Source: Guillardia theta CCMP2712 (lineage: Eukaryota > Protista > Cryptophyta). From it: 56,754 nt of DNA. The translations under genes were made by a program, and so were the position numbers. Under the pieces are notes generated by a model that saw only the letters and a program-made list of their open reading frames with translations, searched no databases and was not told where the DNA came from. Below are positions 35,279 through 48,449 of the stretch, one piece after another; positions within the stretch are counted from its first letter, which is position 1; each line of letters starts with the position of its first letter. Location: positions 168,153 to 224,906 of the forward strand of contig NW_005434629.1 of assembly GCF_000315625.1 (NCBI RefSeq), in the 5' to 3' direction.

Positions 35279-38200
35279 ATGTCCGGCGCTGAACCAACCG
35301 GAGTGCTTGCATCATTTCGTTCCATCCGGAAGATTTGGGAAGAGCGAGATTCAAAGAAGGACGGGACAAAGGAAGCGGTTACAAAGACTAATCCGCAGCT
35401 ACCCCCACCTTCGCCATCCTCCAAATCACACCAAGACCCTTCCGCTGATCCCTTTCATCTGTATGGTTTCTCACTGCAAGAGGAAGCCGGTTCTGGTAGT
35501 ACGAATATTCAGATCAAGAAGGTCGCGCGAGGCGGGATGGCAGACTTGGCGGGAGTTATCTTCCCAGGAGACAAGGTCTTGGAAGTCAACGGGATTGACG
35601 TCAGGGATTGGCCTCTAGACAAAGTGAGCATGGCGATATCCTTGGATCCCTCTCAGTTGAAGACTGATCTCCAGGTTTACCCGCTCATGTCCGAGGAGCG
35701 CTGCGGACTGCTCCTGCGCCTCTCGTTACAGAGGATCGGGTTCGAAGGTGGGGAGCTCTTGTGCTGTCGCCTGTTGGTACTGACGCTGTCAAATATTCAG
35801 ACTGTATCAAAGTAGAGCTGGACGGCAGACCGAAGGGAAAGGCTGCTGGGGAACAGCAAGGGGCTGTGGAATCAGATCCTCCCAGGAACCAGGGTATGCC
35901 TCATGAGGAAACAATGACGGCAAACAATTTATCCGAGCGGGAACAACCCATGGATGACGACGAGAATAGTGAAGATCGTACAAGCACAATCCGAAACTAC
36001 AAGACGCGGTGATCTTGCCTTCTTCACATCAGCAGCAGCTGATGCTTTGTAAGGATCCAAGAGCTGTCTTATGAGCTTGAAGAAGCACACGTCTCGACAG
36101 CGCAACACTCGAAAAAACTCGAAGAACTTTTCAGGTTTGCATCGCATCTGTTCATGTCAATCGATAGCTGACCTGTACATGGAAAGGTTGTCTTCTCAAA
36201 AGGACGAAACAATCAAAGAGTTGAAGGACACTGTGAGGAGCTTGCATCTCAAACTTGAACAAGCCTCCACCAACGTGTTGCCAGACTCCGAGCAGGTCGT
36301 GAACATTCGTTGCTTCCTCTGCCTTACTGCATTTGTAACCGAATCAATGTTCAGACGGCATACAAGTCGGAGGATAACGCTAAGGTACAATGGCGGCAAA
36401 ACTAAGATGCGTTCTGACGTGCAATTCAGATCGCTGAGCTCATGTCTGAGAACAACAAACTTCGTCAAGAGTTAGAGAGGCTCTCGTTACACGATCGACA
36501 AGTTGACGATTTGCCGGAGGTAGACTAAGTGTGGCAAGTGCAGTCTGACCATGATCAGGTTCGAGAGTACAAGTTACAGTTGATAGAAAAGAGTGCAAAG
36601 CTACAAGAGCTTGAGAGTGAATGCGCGAGTCTGAAGAGAAACAATGTGATTCAAGCCGTGGAGCTGCAGGTGTTGATGCTCTAACGGCTCTGATTACATC
36701 ACGATTTATTTGTTTGGAAGGAATTACATGATCACATCTCGGGGATGGAGAAGCAAACACAAGCTCTCCAGGTGACGAAACTCACACTGGTCTGTCAAAG
36801 ATATTGATGCCGTCTCGATGGGATGTAGAACCAACTGTTTCCTCCTCTTCCACCACTTGGAATCATCCAGGAAGTTCCTTTTGACGACTTGTTGGAGGAG
36901 GATGACAAGCTCAGGGTAAGCAGCATGGTGTCGCATGACCTTGTGAGACCTTTGCAGGCGATGATTCTAGCTGATGAAGCACTCGGCAAAGCACAACAAG
37001 AGATCACCATGTTGAAGCAGAACGAGAATCAAAGGAAAGAGCTCGAGTATCTCTACATGATTGCACAGGATGAGATTTCACAACTGAGGAACGAGATGCA
37101 ATTGTATCAAAGTAGTCAGCACCGTTCCGAACCAAGTGAAGCATTGATTCATGAGCTACAAACTTTGAGGATGCAGAATTCTGCTTTGACCGAAGAAATG
37201 AATACAGCCAAGGAGCAGGTGAACATGAACAGTAGAGAAAACGAATTTTGTTGAGCTGACCAGTTGAAAGATTTCTTATCTGGAGGATCAAGCTTCGGAG
37301 ATTGAAAGACTGAAGGCCAGCAACCTTACTTTGGAGTACAGCAAACGCAAACTAGAGGAGCTCTTGGAAATCGGCCAACAGAACTATGACATGTATGCCT
37401 CTTCTAGAAGGTTGACAAAACAACCCCAAGGTTCAGACTTGCTGATGTGCATTGTGCCTGAGAGCTAAGAAGATGATAGGTCAAGGTGTGCATGATATCA
37501 AGGAGCTTGAAAGGTGCATGTTTTTTGTAGTTGTCGGAGTTTTTACTTAACGATGTTGCTAGTGTCATGCAAGAGATTGCTGAAGTTGAGGGCATGTTGG
37601 TTGCTCTGATTCAAGAGAAGTTATCCCCGGCTGATGAGGCAAATCTGGGTGAAAGTGAAGAAGCGCTGCAACGACAAGACGTGCAGCCTTGCCTGTCCCT
37701 GTGCTCAGACAGGCTGAAGAAGCTTGTGGAATCCTTGAAGCACAAGGTCGAAGCCTCCTGGACCCCGGGGTCTGATCAGAGCTCTCCCTCGGAGCGTGGG
37801 CCCCATGGCGCGGCTCCCCCAGTGAAGCATCATCCCATCGAGTCTGCCCTTGAGATAGAGCAGCTGCTTGTGCAGATTCACGACCTACACATGGAGAACG
37901 ACAGGATCAAGACGCTGCTCGAGCAGAAGTCGCAGGCCTACGTCGAGTCCCAGAGCTCGTACTCCAGCTGCAGCCTACCACCGTTGCTGACGTGGGACGT
38001 TTGCAGGCTGGCAGCCGCTCAAAACCACTTACAGGCGGTGATGGCGAAGTACGAGGGTTCCAATCCCTCCAGTCCCCTCGTGCTGTCTCCTCAGAGCCCT
38101 TCTGACGCTCTCTACATGCCCCAGGAGCTTCAGGTCCTTGTGGCTCCCACTGACTCATCTCATCATGTTTCAGGAGCGCTTCACCAAGTTTGACAGGCAA

Positions 38201-39815
38201 GTGAAGGAGCTCAAGAAACAGCTCGAAGCGGAGCGAGCTCGGAGGATCCAGCTAGAAGAATCCTCTGCTGCGAACGCGTCGGAGCCATCGGCTGCGACAG
38301 GTCAGCTGCATCATGCTGTGACGGCAGTCGTGAACCGACATCGCCCTCAGAGTACTCAGCAAGGATGTTCGAGTCTGTGGTCTTCGAGAAGAGGGTGTTG
38401 ACCGAGGAGCTTGACGAGGTCTCTTGCAGTTCCCCTGCCTGCCCGCACTGACCTTGCTTGCTCGCAGTTGCGTGAGGAGAAGCGTTTCCTTGAGAGGTGC
38501 CTCACTGATGCCAGGATTGAGGCTGGGCGGTTGGAGACTGAGAACAAGGAGGTACCTCGCTGTGTTGTTTTCTGCCCAGGAGCTGCTGACCCGGTCGGTG
38601 CAGTTAAGCCAAGGTCTGCACGACTGCCAGATGTCGCTCGCCAAGATGGAGGGCAAGTGGAAGGCTGCGCAATCGCGAATCACAAGCCTGGAGAAGGAGA
38701 TTCAGATGAAGAACACTGAAGTGTTCTCGGTCACAGAAGAGGTCAAGCGGATGCGTCAAAATGTCATTCAGAATGGTCGTGCTTCCTGCTCCTCTGCCGT
38801 TGACGCTGATTGGTCTTCTGCTCAGACTCTCAGGCAGAGTTGGAGAACAAGACTTTGCGGGATGAGCTAAAGTTTTACAAGGAAGAGAATGGTGACTTGT
38901 CATTGTGTGTTGTTCCGGTTCTTGTAGCGGCTTACTATCAACTCCAGTCACGCTTAAGAATGAGATTCAAGAATGCAATCAGAAGCTGGCAGACCACAGG
39001 AAAGAGATCGAGCAATGGTACACCAACTTCGACGACAACTACAACAAGTGTAAAGATGACCTCAAGGTGGTTTTTGAGCTCGGGACGTTTTGAGCTCGTG
39101 ACGGGCGTCTGCAGGAGAAGGAGGAGGAGCTTTCGAGAGTCGCGAAGGAGATCAACGAGCTGAAGGAAGCGATCAACGCGAAAGAAGCGGCCATGGGTCA
39201 GAAGGAGCACAAGATGGGTCAGGCTGTCTCTCCCCCTTCCAGCGTCTCTTCTCACCCTCCCCTTCAGGCATCCTGGCAGATCAACTCAAGACGCAGAAGG
39301 AGCGGACGCTCAAGGCTGAAGCGCGAGCTTCTCAGGCTGAGGAGCAGCTGGCAAGCATCTTCTCGGAGCAGTCGAACGACTTCCGCTCCATGGACGAGCT
39401 GAGCTCGAGATACAAGGAGCTCAAGGAGCACAGCCTCGAGCTCCAGGCTGAGCTGAGCAGCAAGCAGATCGAGCTGGCCGTGACAATCGAGAAGAAGGAC
39501 AGCGCCATCAGCTCACTGCAGACGATGGTGAGCTCGACCTGAGCATGACTCCTCCTCTCATGTGACTGACCTCTCCCTCCAAGAAATCCAAGTTGGACAA
39601 GAGCATGGAGCAGATCGAGGTGCTCAACAACTACATCCGAAGCATTCATGGTGCTGCCATGATGCCGCATGCTCCGCGCTGCCGTCTTGACGCCTGACGC
39701 AGGCAACATGGAGCTGGTCAATGTGCCGCCCCATCACCTTCATGAGAACACCATGCCCAACAACCTTGCGACGTGGAGCCCTGAGCCAGCGACGAGAAGA
39801 ACAACGATGATGTGA
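35279..39815 (+). CDS. PDZ-domain plus long coiled-coil protein; many short introns
   Basis: PDZ signature YGFSL..IQIKKVARGGMADLAGVIFPGDKVLEVNGIDVRDWPLDKV, followed by many heptad-rich exons. Last exon ends ATRRTTMM stop. Could be more than one gene. Confidence 0.75.
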
Positions 39816-39889
39816 TAGATCCTAGTCCCCCTTGTGCTTTACTGTATACCTCTACTGCCCTCCGAGTCGATCATCCGGGATCTCAAGCC

Positions 39890-40090
39890 TCCCGACCTTA
39901 GGCTCTCGTTCCTCTCACGGCCCAGCCTGACTGTTCTCTGACGCTGGTCAGGCACAGACCGTCCGATTGCGGCAGTGCATTGACCACCGGCCGGTCGTCA
40001 TGCGGCAGCCTCGGGCCGGGGTCCGGGGGGTCGGAACACTGAGCCTGGCAGTGAGTCAGAGTCCGGGGCGAGTCACGGTAGGGCTAACTT
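39890..40090. repeat. CGG/GAGTCA-rich intergenic island
   Basis: ACCGGCCGGT, GGGGTCGGAACACTGAG and GAGTCACGGTA words. Confidence 0.55.
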
Positions 40091-40329
40091 AAGCCTTACG
40101 TACGTTCATGGACTGTAAAATAAAAAAAGAGAAAGAAAAAGGCAAAATGAAAAAGGCAAAATCTACGACTGCACGCGTGTCTATGCAGACGCGAAGGAAA
40201 GGAGCGCAGTGAGAGGAGGAAGAGGAAGAGGAAGAGGAAGAAGAAGAGGCAGTCATAGGAGAGGAGACGTACAAGGAAAAGAGCAGGCGAATAGATCAGG
40301 TTGGTTGTACAGCCGAACTCAGGTCCTAC

Positions 40330-41649
40330 ATGGTGCAAGGGGATAAAGTTGATGCCCCCAGCGTGTCGGGGGATGGCAGGGAGGACACGAAGGACGTCGG
40401 TGCTGCTCTTGATAGTTGTCTCAGCATCCTGATAGACAGAACCTCCGACGACCGAGACATCACAAGCGTGTGCAGCAAACTCTCTGCCATGGCAACGCGG
40501 TGCAGCGAGTCGGACATCGAGATCTTCCGTAGACTAGGAGGCATAACTGCTCTTAGCAGAGTCCTCAAGAGGCCAGACCTTGACAGCGACATGGCTGAAG
40601 CAGCAGCAGCAGCGCTAACAAAGCTCTCGCTCCCTCTCACGCGCCGCCCGGAGAGCAAGACTCTGGAGTTCCATCATCATTCCATCACCATTAGGGAGCT
40701 CGAGTACTGCGAGACAGGAACCGCCTACAACATCTGGACAGCCGCGTTGGTGATGTGCAGCTGGGCAGTAGAGAACAATGAGCTGAAGGCGGAATTGGAG
40801 GGTGGGAGGAGGGTCCTGGAGCTGGGGAGTGGTCTGGGTCTTGTAGGAAGCCTGCTGTCGAAGATGGGTGGAGACGTCACGTTCAGCGACTTCGTTCCTA
40901 AAGTTCTTGAGAACCTCGAGGAGACCGTGATGGTGAACAAGCTGAGGGGACGAGTGGTCTCGTTGAACTGGGAGAAGGAGGCCGAGACGAGGGGCAAGGA
41001 AGCGTCGAGCGCGTCGTGGTACGGAGGGTGTGTGGACGAAGGCGAGATCACGAGGTTTGCGCATCTGGACGAGGGGGAGATGTTCGACGTGATTGTTGGT
41101 ACGGACATCTGCTATGAATCCGATCACCCTGAGGTCCGATCCTGCCATCTCTTGCTCTTTGTGAGGCCAGAAGGAGGAGAGAGGGGCTGACGAGCGTTGA
41201 CAGTTGCTGCGTGCCGTTGTGTCGAGGAGGCTGAAGCGAGGTGGCGAGGACTGGGAGGAGGGGGAAGATGATGGTGATGGGATGAGCAGGAGGCAAACTC
41301 TTCATTCTCAACGCTGTGAGGTCCTTGGAGATTCATCGTCGCCTTGTCGACCTCCTGGGGAGCATGTGCAGGTACTGCTTATTCTCCTCGTCTGCCCTTT
41401 GCCCGCCACACGCTCCCCCCACTTCCCTTGTCCTCCTTCCTTCTCCTGTTCTCTCTGCTCCTTGCCTTATCTGCGATCAGATCGGTGACAACAGAGAGCA
41501 TCAACAGCGAAGAAGGCAAGTACGCGGTGAGTCCAGCTGCCTTGCTTCGGCTGGCTGATCGTTGACAGGTCAACATCAACGAGTACGGGTGCACACAGCA
41601 CAGCAGGTACTATGCCGGAGGCATGCAATTGATTACAGCATTGCGATGA
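40330..41649 (+). CDS. Seven-beta-strand protein lysine methyltransferase (METTL21/family 16) with an N-terminal ARM-like helical region
   Basis: TAYNIWTAALVM, RVLELGSGLGLVG (motif I), VTFSD, LNW and FDVIVGTDICY. Confidence 0.9.
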
Positions 41650-41758
41650 CACATCCTCGTCATTGCCTTCGTCCTCGTCCTTGTTCGCGTCCTTGTCCTT
41701 GTCCTTTCCTTGTCCCTGTCGTCCTCGTCCTTGCTCCCCATTCTCTGCATGTGGTCAT

Positions 41759-44700
41759 TCAAACATCTCGCGGGTATCCATCGTAGTCTTCCATGGCCTG
41801 GTCCGGGATTGCTCCCATCTGCGAGGGATCGAGATAAGAAATTGAATGCGAGAGGAGGTTTGCAGGAGGCGAGAAGTAAGGTGAAGCAGGCTAGGGGACG
41901 AGGAGGAGGGAGAGGGAAGAGGGAGAGGAGAGCGAAAGAGAATGAGGAGGGAGAGGAGAGCAAACGAGAATGAGGAGGGAGAGGAGAAGGGAAGGAGGCG
42001 TGTAGAGTAGGAAGGAGCACGAGCGAGGAGGGAAGGAGAGGAAATGCGTCTCACATCCGTATTGTTAAAAAGGTTCGGGTTGAAGTTCTCGAGAACCGTC
42101 AGAGTGTCGTGCAGGATAGTCGTCGACTTCAGCTCCTCCTGCGCGTTACCAACTTTACACCCCATCCTCCCCATCTTGTTTCTCTTCTCCCACTCCCTCA
42201 TTTCCCCTTGACTCCACCTCCCTCGTTACTTTCTGCTGTCTTCTTCCCCTCTCCCCTCTCCCCTCTCCCCTCCCTCTTTCCCATGTCCCTTCTCCTGCCT
42301 CTAACCTCGAACCTCCCTCCTCTTCTCCCTCCCCAGCCTCCTCCTCTCTTCATCCTCACATTGTAGCTTGGATAGGAAGCTTCAAACTCTTCCATGGTGA
42401 AGTTCCGTTCCATGGGAACAAATCCCTTTCTCGCCGACCGGACAGGCTCCAACCCGACAACAACACCAGGTCGAGGTGTGTTGTACCTTGACAAGGATCT
42501 TGTGAGGCCACGAACGGGGAGGACGGAGGAGAAGGAGGGAGAGAGGAGCAGTGAAGAAGGAGGAGAGAGGAAGAGTGGAGGATGCGAGACGAAGTGAAGA
42601 GTTGGGCGAGAGGGAGAGGAGGAGGAGAGGTGGAGATTTGGTCACCAGACGGGGACGGAGACATTGCAGCTGGACACATAGAGCTTGGCTGCGACGGCGC
42701 CATGATCCGAGGCGAAGGACCCCAGAGCGTTGGGTCCAAGTACGGAATTGTTGACGGATACAACAGCACTGCTCTGAATGTTAGGAGAAAGAAAGGGACG
42801 AAGGGAGGAGAGCGAAGGATTCCAAGAAGAGAAGGAGAATGAGAAAAATAACGAAAGGATGGATAGGAAACTATGGGGATAGATGGGAAATGATGCCGAT
42901 GGAGGGTAAGGGGAGCCGAGGGAAGGGAGGGAGGGGGAGGGAGGGGAGGGGAGGGAGGGGAGGGAGGGGAAGGAGGGGAGGGAGGGAGGAGGGAGGGAGG
43001 GAGGGAGGGAGGGAGGGAGGAGGGAGGGAGGGAGGGGAGGAGGGAGGGGAGGGAGGGAGGAGGGAGGGGAGGGAGGAGGAGGGAGGGAGGGAGGGGAGGG
43101 AGGGAAGGGAGGGNNNNNNNNNNNNNNNNNNNNNNNNNNNNNNNNNNNNNNNNNNNNNNNNNNNNNNNNNNNNNNNNNNNNNNNNNNNNNNNNNNNNNNN
43201 NNNNNNNNNNNNNGGAGGGAGGGAGAGAGGGAGGGAGGGAGGGAGGTAATGAGGAAGTAATCATGTGCAAACCTGTCATTCAGCGCCACCGCTATCCGGC
43301 AGCCTCGGATGAAACATCTCTCTATCTCCGCATGCGCATCCTCCCCAAACGCTACGCCATGAAGTACCCGATCGATCATGGAGTTCTCTGCCGTGAAATT
43401 GCTGGTCAGGACCCTCCTCGTCCTCGTCCTTATCCTCGTCCTCGTCCTCGTCCTCTACTACCACTCATCCACACACGTTTTCGTATTCCTTGTCCTGCTC
43501 CTGCTCCTTGTCCTGCTCCTTAATGCATGTACCTATTCTTGCCCTAACGTGGTGTTCTCCTCCAACTCCGACGTAATGCCCGAGGGCGATTCGATGCGAG
43601 AGGAGCCCAAGGTAGCATCCACGAACAAGAATCTGGACCAAGTCGTCATCCTCCCCCTCCTCCTCCTCCTCCTCTCCTCCTCCTCTCCTCCTCCCCATTT
43701 CCATCCTCTTCCTATCCTCCCCCTTTCCTTCCTCCGCCCCTGCTTTCTTTCTTCTCTCCTTCTGCTCACATTTGCGAAGAAGTCAGCGAACAGGATATGA
43801 CCTCCCAGCCATCCCAAGGCTCCAGGATAGCGACCAGGTTTGATTGGCCCCGGACGAACTCTAAGAGCTCTTCGTCAGTGAACAGGAGGAGAAAGGCTGA
43901 AAGGACAAGAGAGGGGGATAGATAGCACAGACGATCGAGATACGGAGGGGAGGGGGAAGGAGGAGGAAGGAGGAACGAGGGCGCGAGGAGAAGGGGAGCA
44001 GTGAAGGCAGGAGGGGGTAGGAGAGAGGAGAAGAGGGGCAGGAGAGGAGGGGCAGGGACCTGAGACGGCAGCTTTCAAACGTCCAGTTGCCGGCGCCAAC
44101 AACGATGAGCGAGCCCTGACCCTCTATGAGCACAAGGAGACCCGCAGCTGCTCTTTCCTCCTTGTCGATCCTCGTTGCCTCCCATCCCTCTCCTCCACAC
44201 TTCACTTCTTCCTCTCTCGCTTCCCTCACATCCTGACCTCGCTTCCCTCTCTCCCCGCTCCCTTCTGCTCTCCAGTCTCTCCTTTTCCTCCGTTTCCCTC
44301 CCATCGTCCCATCCCTTCTCCCCCCCCTCTCCCCCGCGTTTGCCTCCCCCCTCCCCTTCTTTCTCACTAGTCATCACCCCATTATCCTTGAGGCAGACGA
44401 CACGCCTGAATGACCCTGAGGTTCGAGCCGACAAAGCCCACCCGCCCCCTGCCACCATCAGCGTCAGCCTCCTAGTACTGCGATCTCTGCAGAGGAGGAA
44501 GGGGCAACTGACAGAGGAACGAGTGCAGGACTGGCCGAAGTTTCGTTGAGCCTAGTGGGAGATCAGTGAGCAGGGGAACAAGTGACGGATCGCCAGGAGG
44601 ACTTGACAAGGAAGGAAGGGAGGATGAGAGGAAAGGAAGAGGAGGGTGAGGTTGATGATGATGAGAAGAAGGAGAGGGAGGAGGAGGATAATCCGATGAT

Positions 44701-45927
44701 CTTACCGGCAGCAGGTTCCATGGTCCATTGCCCCTCTAGATGTAAACTCCGGTTATAGACCTTCGAGAGCAGTCATCAACACTTGATCGGGGATGCAAAA
44801 GGATCGTTTTCCTCATCCTCCTTCACTCACCCCTAGCCAGTTGTCTGTCTCCTCGTCAAGAGTGCGGTTCTCCCACATGATGTGGGCACGTGCAAAGAAA
44901 AGTTGCCTGCGGTGTCACATCAGTATCAATCGCAGAGACTAGGGAAGCAAGGTGAGGCTTGAAAGACAAGTGAGACGTGCAAGCAGCCATCACGAAGAGA
45001 CGATGAGGAAGAAGAGAACGGAGGAAGTAGAGAGCGGGGGAAAAAGAGAGTGGATGAAGGGAGAGAGAGGGCGGGAGGAAAGGTCAATAGAAATGAACAA
45101 ACCTCCTGGGGAAAATTTCCCTCTCTTCATTTTCAAACACGGCTCGGGAAAGCTCCTCCAATGTGGAGACGTTAAGTACCTCAGGCTCGTCCTGGTAGTC
45201 CTGCGGAGAAGCAGGCATCTTGCGAGACCAAAGCTCCTCGTCGAGCTCTGGGGAAAGAAGACACAAAGTGAGATGGAAAGATACAGAGGGGACGGGATCA
45301 CTCCAGGAACAAGGATAGACAGAAAGAGACGGGTACACGGCAGGACAAGGATAGAAAGTTTTCTCCAATCCTCAACTAGGCCGCACTTGGCTTGTAATCG
45401 AAGATGGGAATCCTGTTGAACTCCAGATCGTCTGCCATCCATTACGAGGTGCTCGGGCTGCATGGCATCGACAACTCACCGAGCTTGTCGCGCTTGGCGC
45501 AATGATCGCAGACGCATCCCTGCATGCACTTGCAGTTCTCTATCTTCCCATCCCACTCGATCGTCAAGTTGTCTGGGATGTACACTTTGCCAACGAAGGA
45601 GGATTCAGCTATCTTTCCTCCCCGCAACCTCAAGCTTGTCTGCCCCGAACGGTCATCAGAGCTGACGTCGGCTCATGTCTTGTTACCTGAGTGTTTGAAC
45701 CCTGGAGGTCATGTTCACGGACATTGCTGATGCTACTGCCTGACAGCTTGTTCCTGGTCGAGCAGCAACAGCTCACCGTCATTCTTCATATCACAACACC
45801 CCTTATGTTCGAACCTAGCCCAGTGCACTCCTCCTTGCGTCGGAAGATATAGGCTTCCAGATCGTGACGCAACAGACACGCAGAGAAGCAGCGCAGCGAA
45901 CTGAAGCTGCGGCAGTCGACCTCCCAT
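41759..45927 (-). CDS. Multi-exon protein with signal peptide, LRLRGG motif and probable right-handed beta-helix repeats; spans a gap
   Basis: Leader MGGRLPQLQFAALLLCVSVAS; SLRLRGG; beta-helix-like exons LIVVGAGNWTFESCRLR and VLHGVAFGEDAHAEIERCFIRGCRIAVALND; large CT-rich introns. Confidence 0.6.
43114..43213. other. Assembly gap (100 N) within a (GGAG)n tract
   Basis: Run of n. Confidence 1.
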
Positions 45928-47058
45928 CCCTCCGCCGCAAGCTTCACAACCGAGGGTCTTGCTTGTAACACTTGAGAACTGATTGTTGTACAAACGCACA
46001 GCTACACTTGACGATCCTGAAGACTCATGATGGAGGCTTTACCACAGCATCGATGAAGGTGAGGAGGACACGTTCAATGCTATCAAGTCAGAATCAGTTT
46101 CAAGCCAATCTCATACTCCCTCTCCTCGCTCTTCTCTCATCAATCGATTTTTTGATATTTCACTTATTTCTGTTCCTTCAGTCGGCAAAACATTCCTCTC
46201 TTCCATCAAACATTATTCCCATCACAATCATCTGCATGAAAATTTCTTCTTTCAGTCTTGTCTTCTCCATCTGCTTCTCCTTCTCTCTTCTCTTTCTTCT
46301 CCTTTCTCCGTAAAGCATTGCTCTTTCATCGGACGCAACTGCCCTCCACACCGTGTTTATACCTGGTTGTGCTGCCTTCACTGCCTTCTACTGAACATAT
46401 CTGAGGCAGACCTGGATGTTTTTGTAACTAGCGGCCCGGTGGGCCCGGGGCCCGGCCGCCTTCGCATACCGGGCGGCAGAGGCACTGAGAACCGTTGGAA
46501 GTCTAGAACTTCGCGCTTGCGAGGATCCAACGAGGCTCGAAGTTAATGAGGCGGTGGAGGTAGGGTAGTGGTATAGAGGGATGTGGGAAATGAGGGGGTG
46601 GGGGTAGCCTCAATTGGCAGAGTCTCGGAGGGTGGGGAGTGGGGTGGTGGGGCACAAGTACAGATGCGATCTTGGGGCTTTTCGGTCTACAACGAACCGA
46701 AGTATGAAAGCCCCGGCAACAGTTCCAATATCACATAGGACACCTGTAGGACCTCCGTTACCACTCCAAAAAAATGATTCTGTAAAAAGAAGACTAGTAC
46801 CCATCCAACAGTGCTATAGGAGAGGGGTGAAGAAGTACATTTTGCTTTCGTTCGACCGTAAATTGCAAAAGTTCCACGGCATGCAACGAAGCAAGCGGGG
46901 AGGGAGGGGAGGGAGGGAGGCAGGAGGAAGGATACGACAGGACCAAACACATGCACCTTATGGAGATCATAGGAGGAGCAGAGGCGATAGCGTTCTTTGC
47001 CATTGTAGGTTGATTCTTGACATACCGATGTTTGCCAGGTCGTACTCGTCAGTGAGGA

Positions 47059-48238
47059 ATGTCGCGCCATGGAGATATTAGCAGCAGCCCTGACACAGTC
47101 GGGGTGTGTGTCTTCCAGTACAAGATGCCAAGGCTCCACACGAAAGATGATGTGATGAAGAACATCGACAAGATCTGCGATCTTGTTCGAGGGACCAAAG
47201 TTGTGAGTAGCTCTCACGATTCTGATCAACCCACCAATGAAACCCTCTACGCAGGGGCTGCCAGGAATGGACCTCATCATTTTCCCAGAGTACAGCACAC
47301 AGGGCATCATGTAAGATGGGAGTGAGGAGGCAGGATACGGCACGTGCGATGTAACTGGTGCGGTCAGGTACGACAAGAAGGAGATGATGGAGACTGCTGT
47401 GACTATCCCCGGGCCAGAGACGGAGAAGTTCTGTCAGGTGTGCAAGGAAGTCGGAGTTTGGGGAGTCTTCAGCTTGACGGGCGAGAGGCACGAGAGTCAC
47501 CCGCAGAAGCACCCTTACAACACCCTCGTCTTGATTAACGACAAGGGTGAGATAGTCCAGAAGTACCGCAAGATCCTACCATGGTGCCCCATCGAGGGAT
47601 GGTACCCCGGCGACAACACGTACGTGACCGAGGGTCCCAAGGGGATTAAGATGTCTCTGATCATCTGTGACGACGGCAACTACCCGGAGATCTGGAGGGA
47701 CTGCGCTATGAAGGGGGCCGAGCTCATCGTCCGCTGCCAGGGGTACATGTATCCAGCCAAGGACCAGCAGGTCATGGTGGCCAAGTGCATGGCCTGGATG
47801 AACAACGTGTACGTGGCCGTGGCGAATGCGTCCGGTCATGACGGAGTCTACTGCTACTTCGGCCACTCCTGCATCATCGGCAACGATGGGAGGACCATGG
47901 GGGAGTGCGGCGAGGAGCATGACGGGGTGCAGTATGCCCAGCTGTCTATCAGCGGGATACGCGATTCCCGCAAGACCGATCAGTCGCAGAACCACCTCTT
48001 CAAGCTCCTCCACCGCGGATACACTGGGATGTACGCGTCCGGCGATGGGGACAAGGGAGTGGCCGAGTGTCCCTTCAGCTTCTACAAGACTTGGGTCAAC
48101 AACCCCCTCCTGGCCCGTGAGCAGGTAGAGAAGCTCACTAGAAGCACCATCGGCGTCGCCTGCTGCCCCGTCGCTGGTGTGCCTGAGCCCTCCTCTGCCA
48201 ACGAGATGGTGATGGACGGCCACCATGACCTCACCTGA
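47059..48238 (+). CDS. amiE: Aliphatic amidase (nitrilase superfamily, AmiE type); 3 exons
   Basis: [24 protein letters not shown] is the AmiE N-terminus. Catalytic triad contexts [21 protein letters not shown] and [32 protein letters not shown]. Introns 47203-47254 and 47311-47367. Confidence 0.96.
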
Positions 48239-48449
48239 GTGCCCAAGTTTGTGGGATAGGCGTGGTGGAGGACAACGAAGACAAGAGAAATGAGGTGGTG
48301 GTGGTAAATATTATGAGGAGGAGGAGGAGGAGGAGGAGGAGGAGGCGGTTTCTCATCCATAGACTCTGAATTGTGAGCTCGTACGTGTGATCCAGTGAAG
48401 TTTAAAAAAATAAATTTGAATTTCAAAACTTTTTTTTCTCGTGCCGCCG

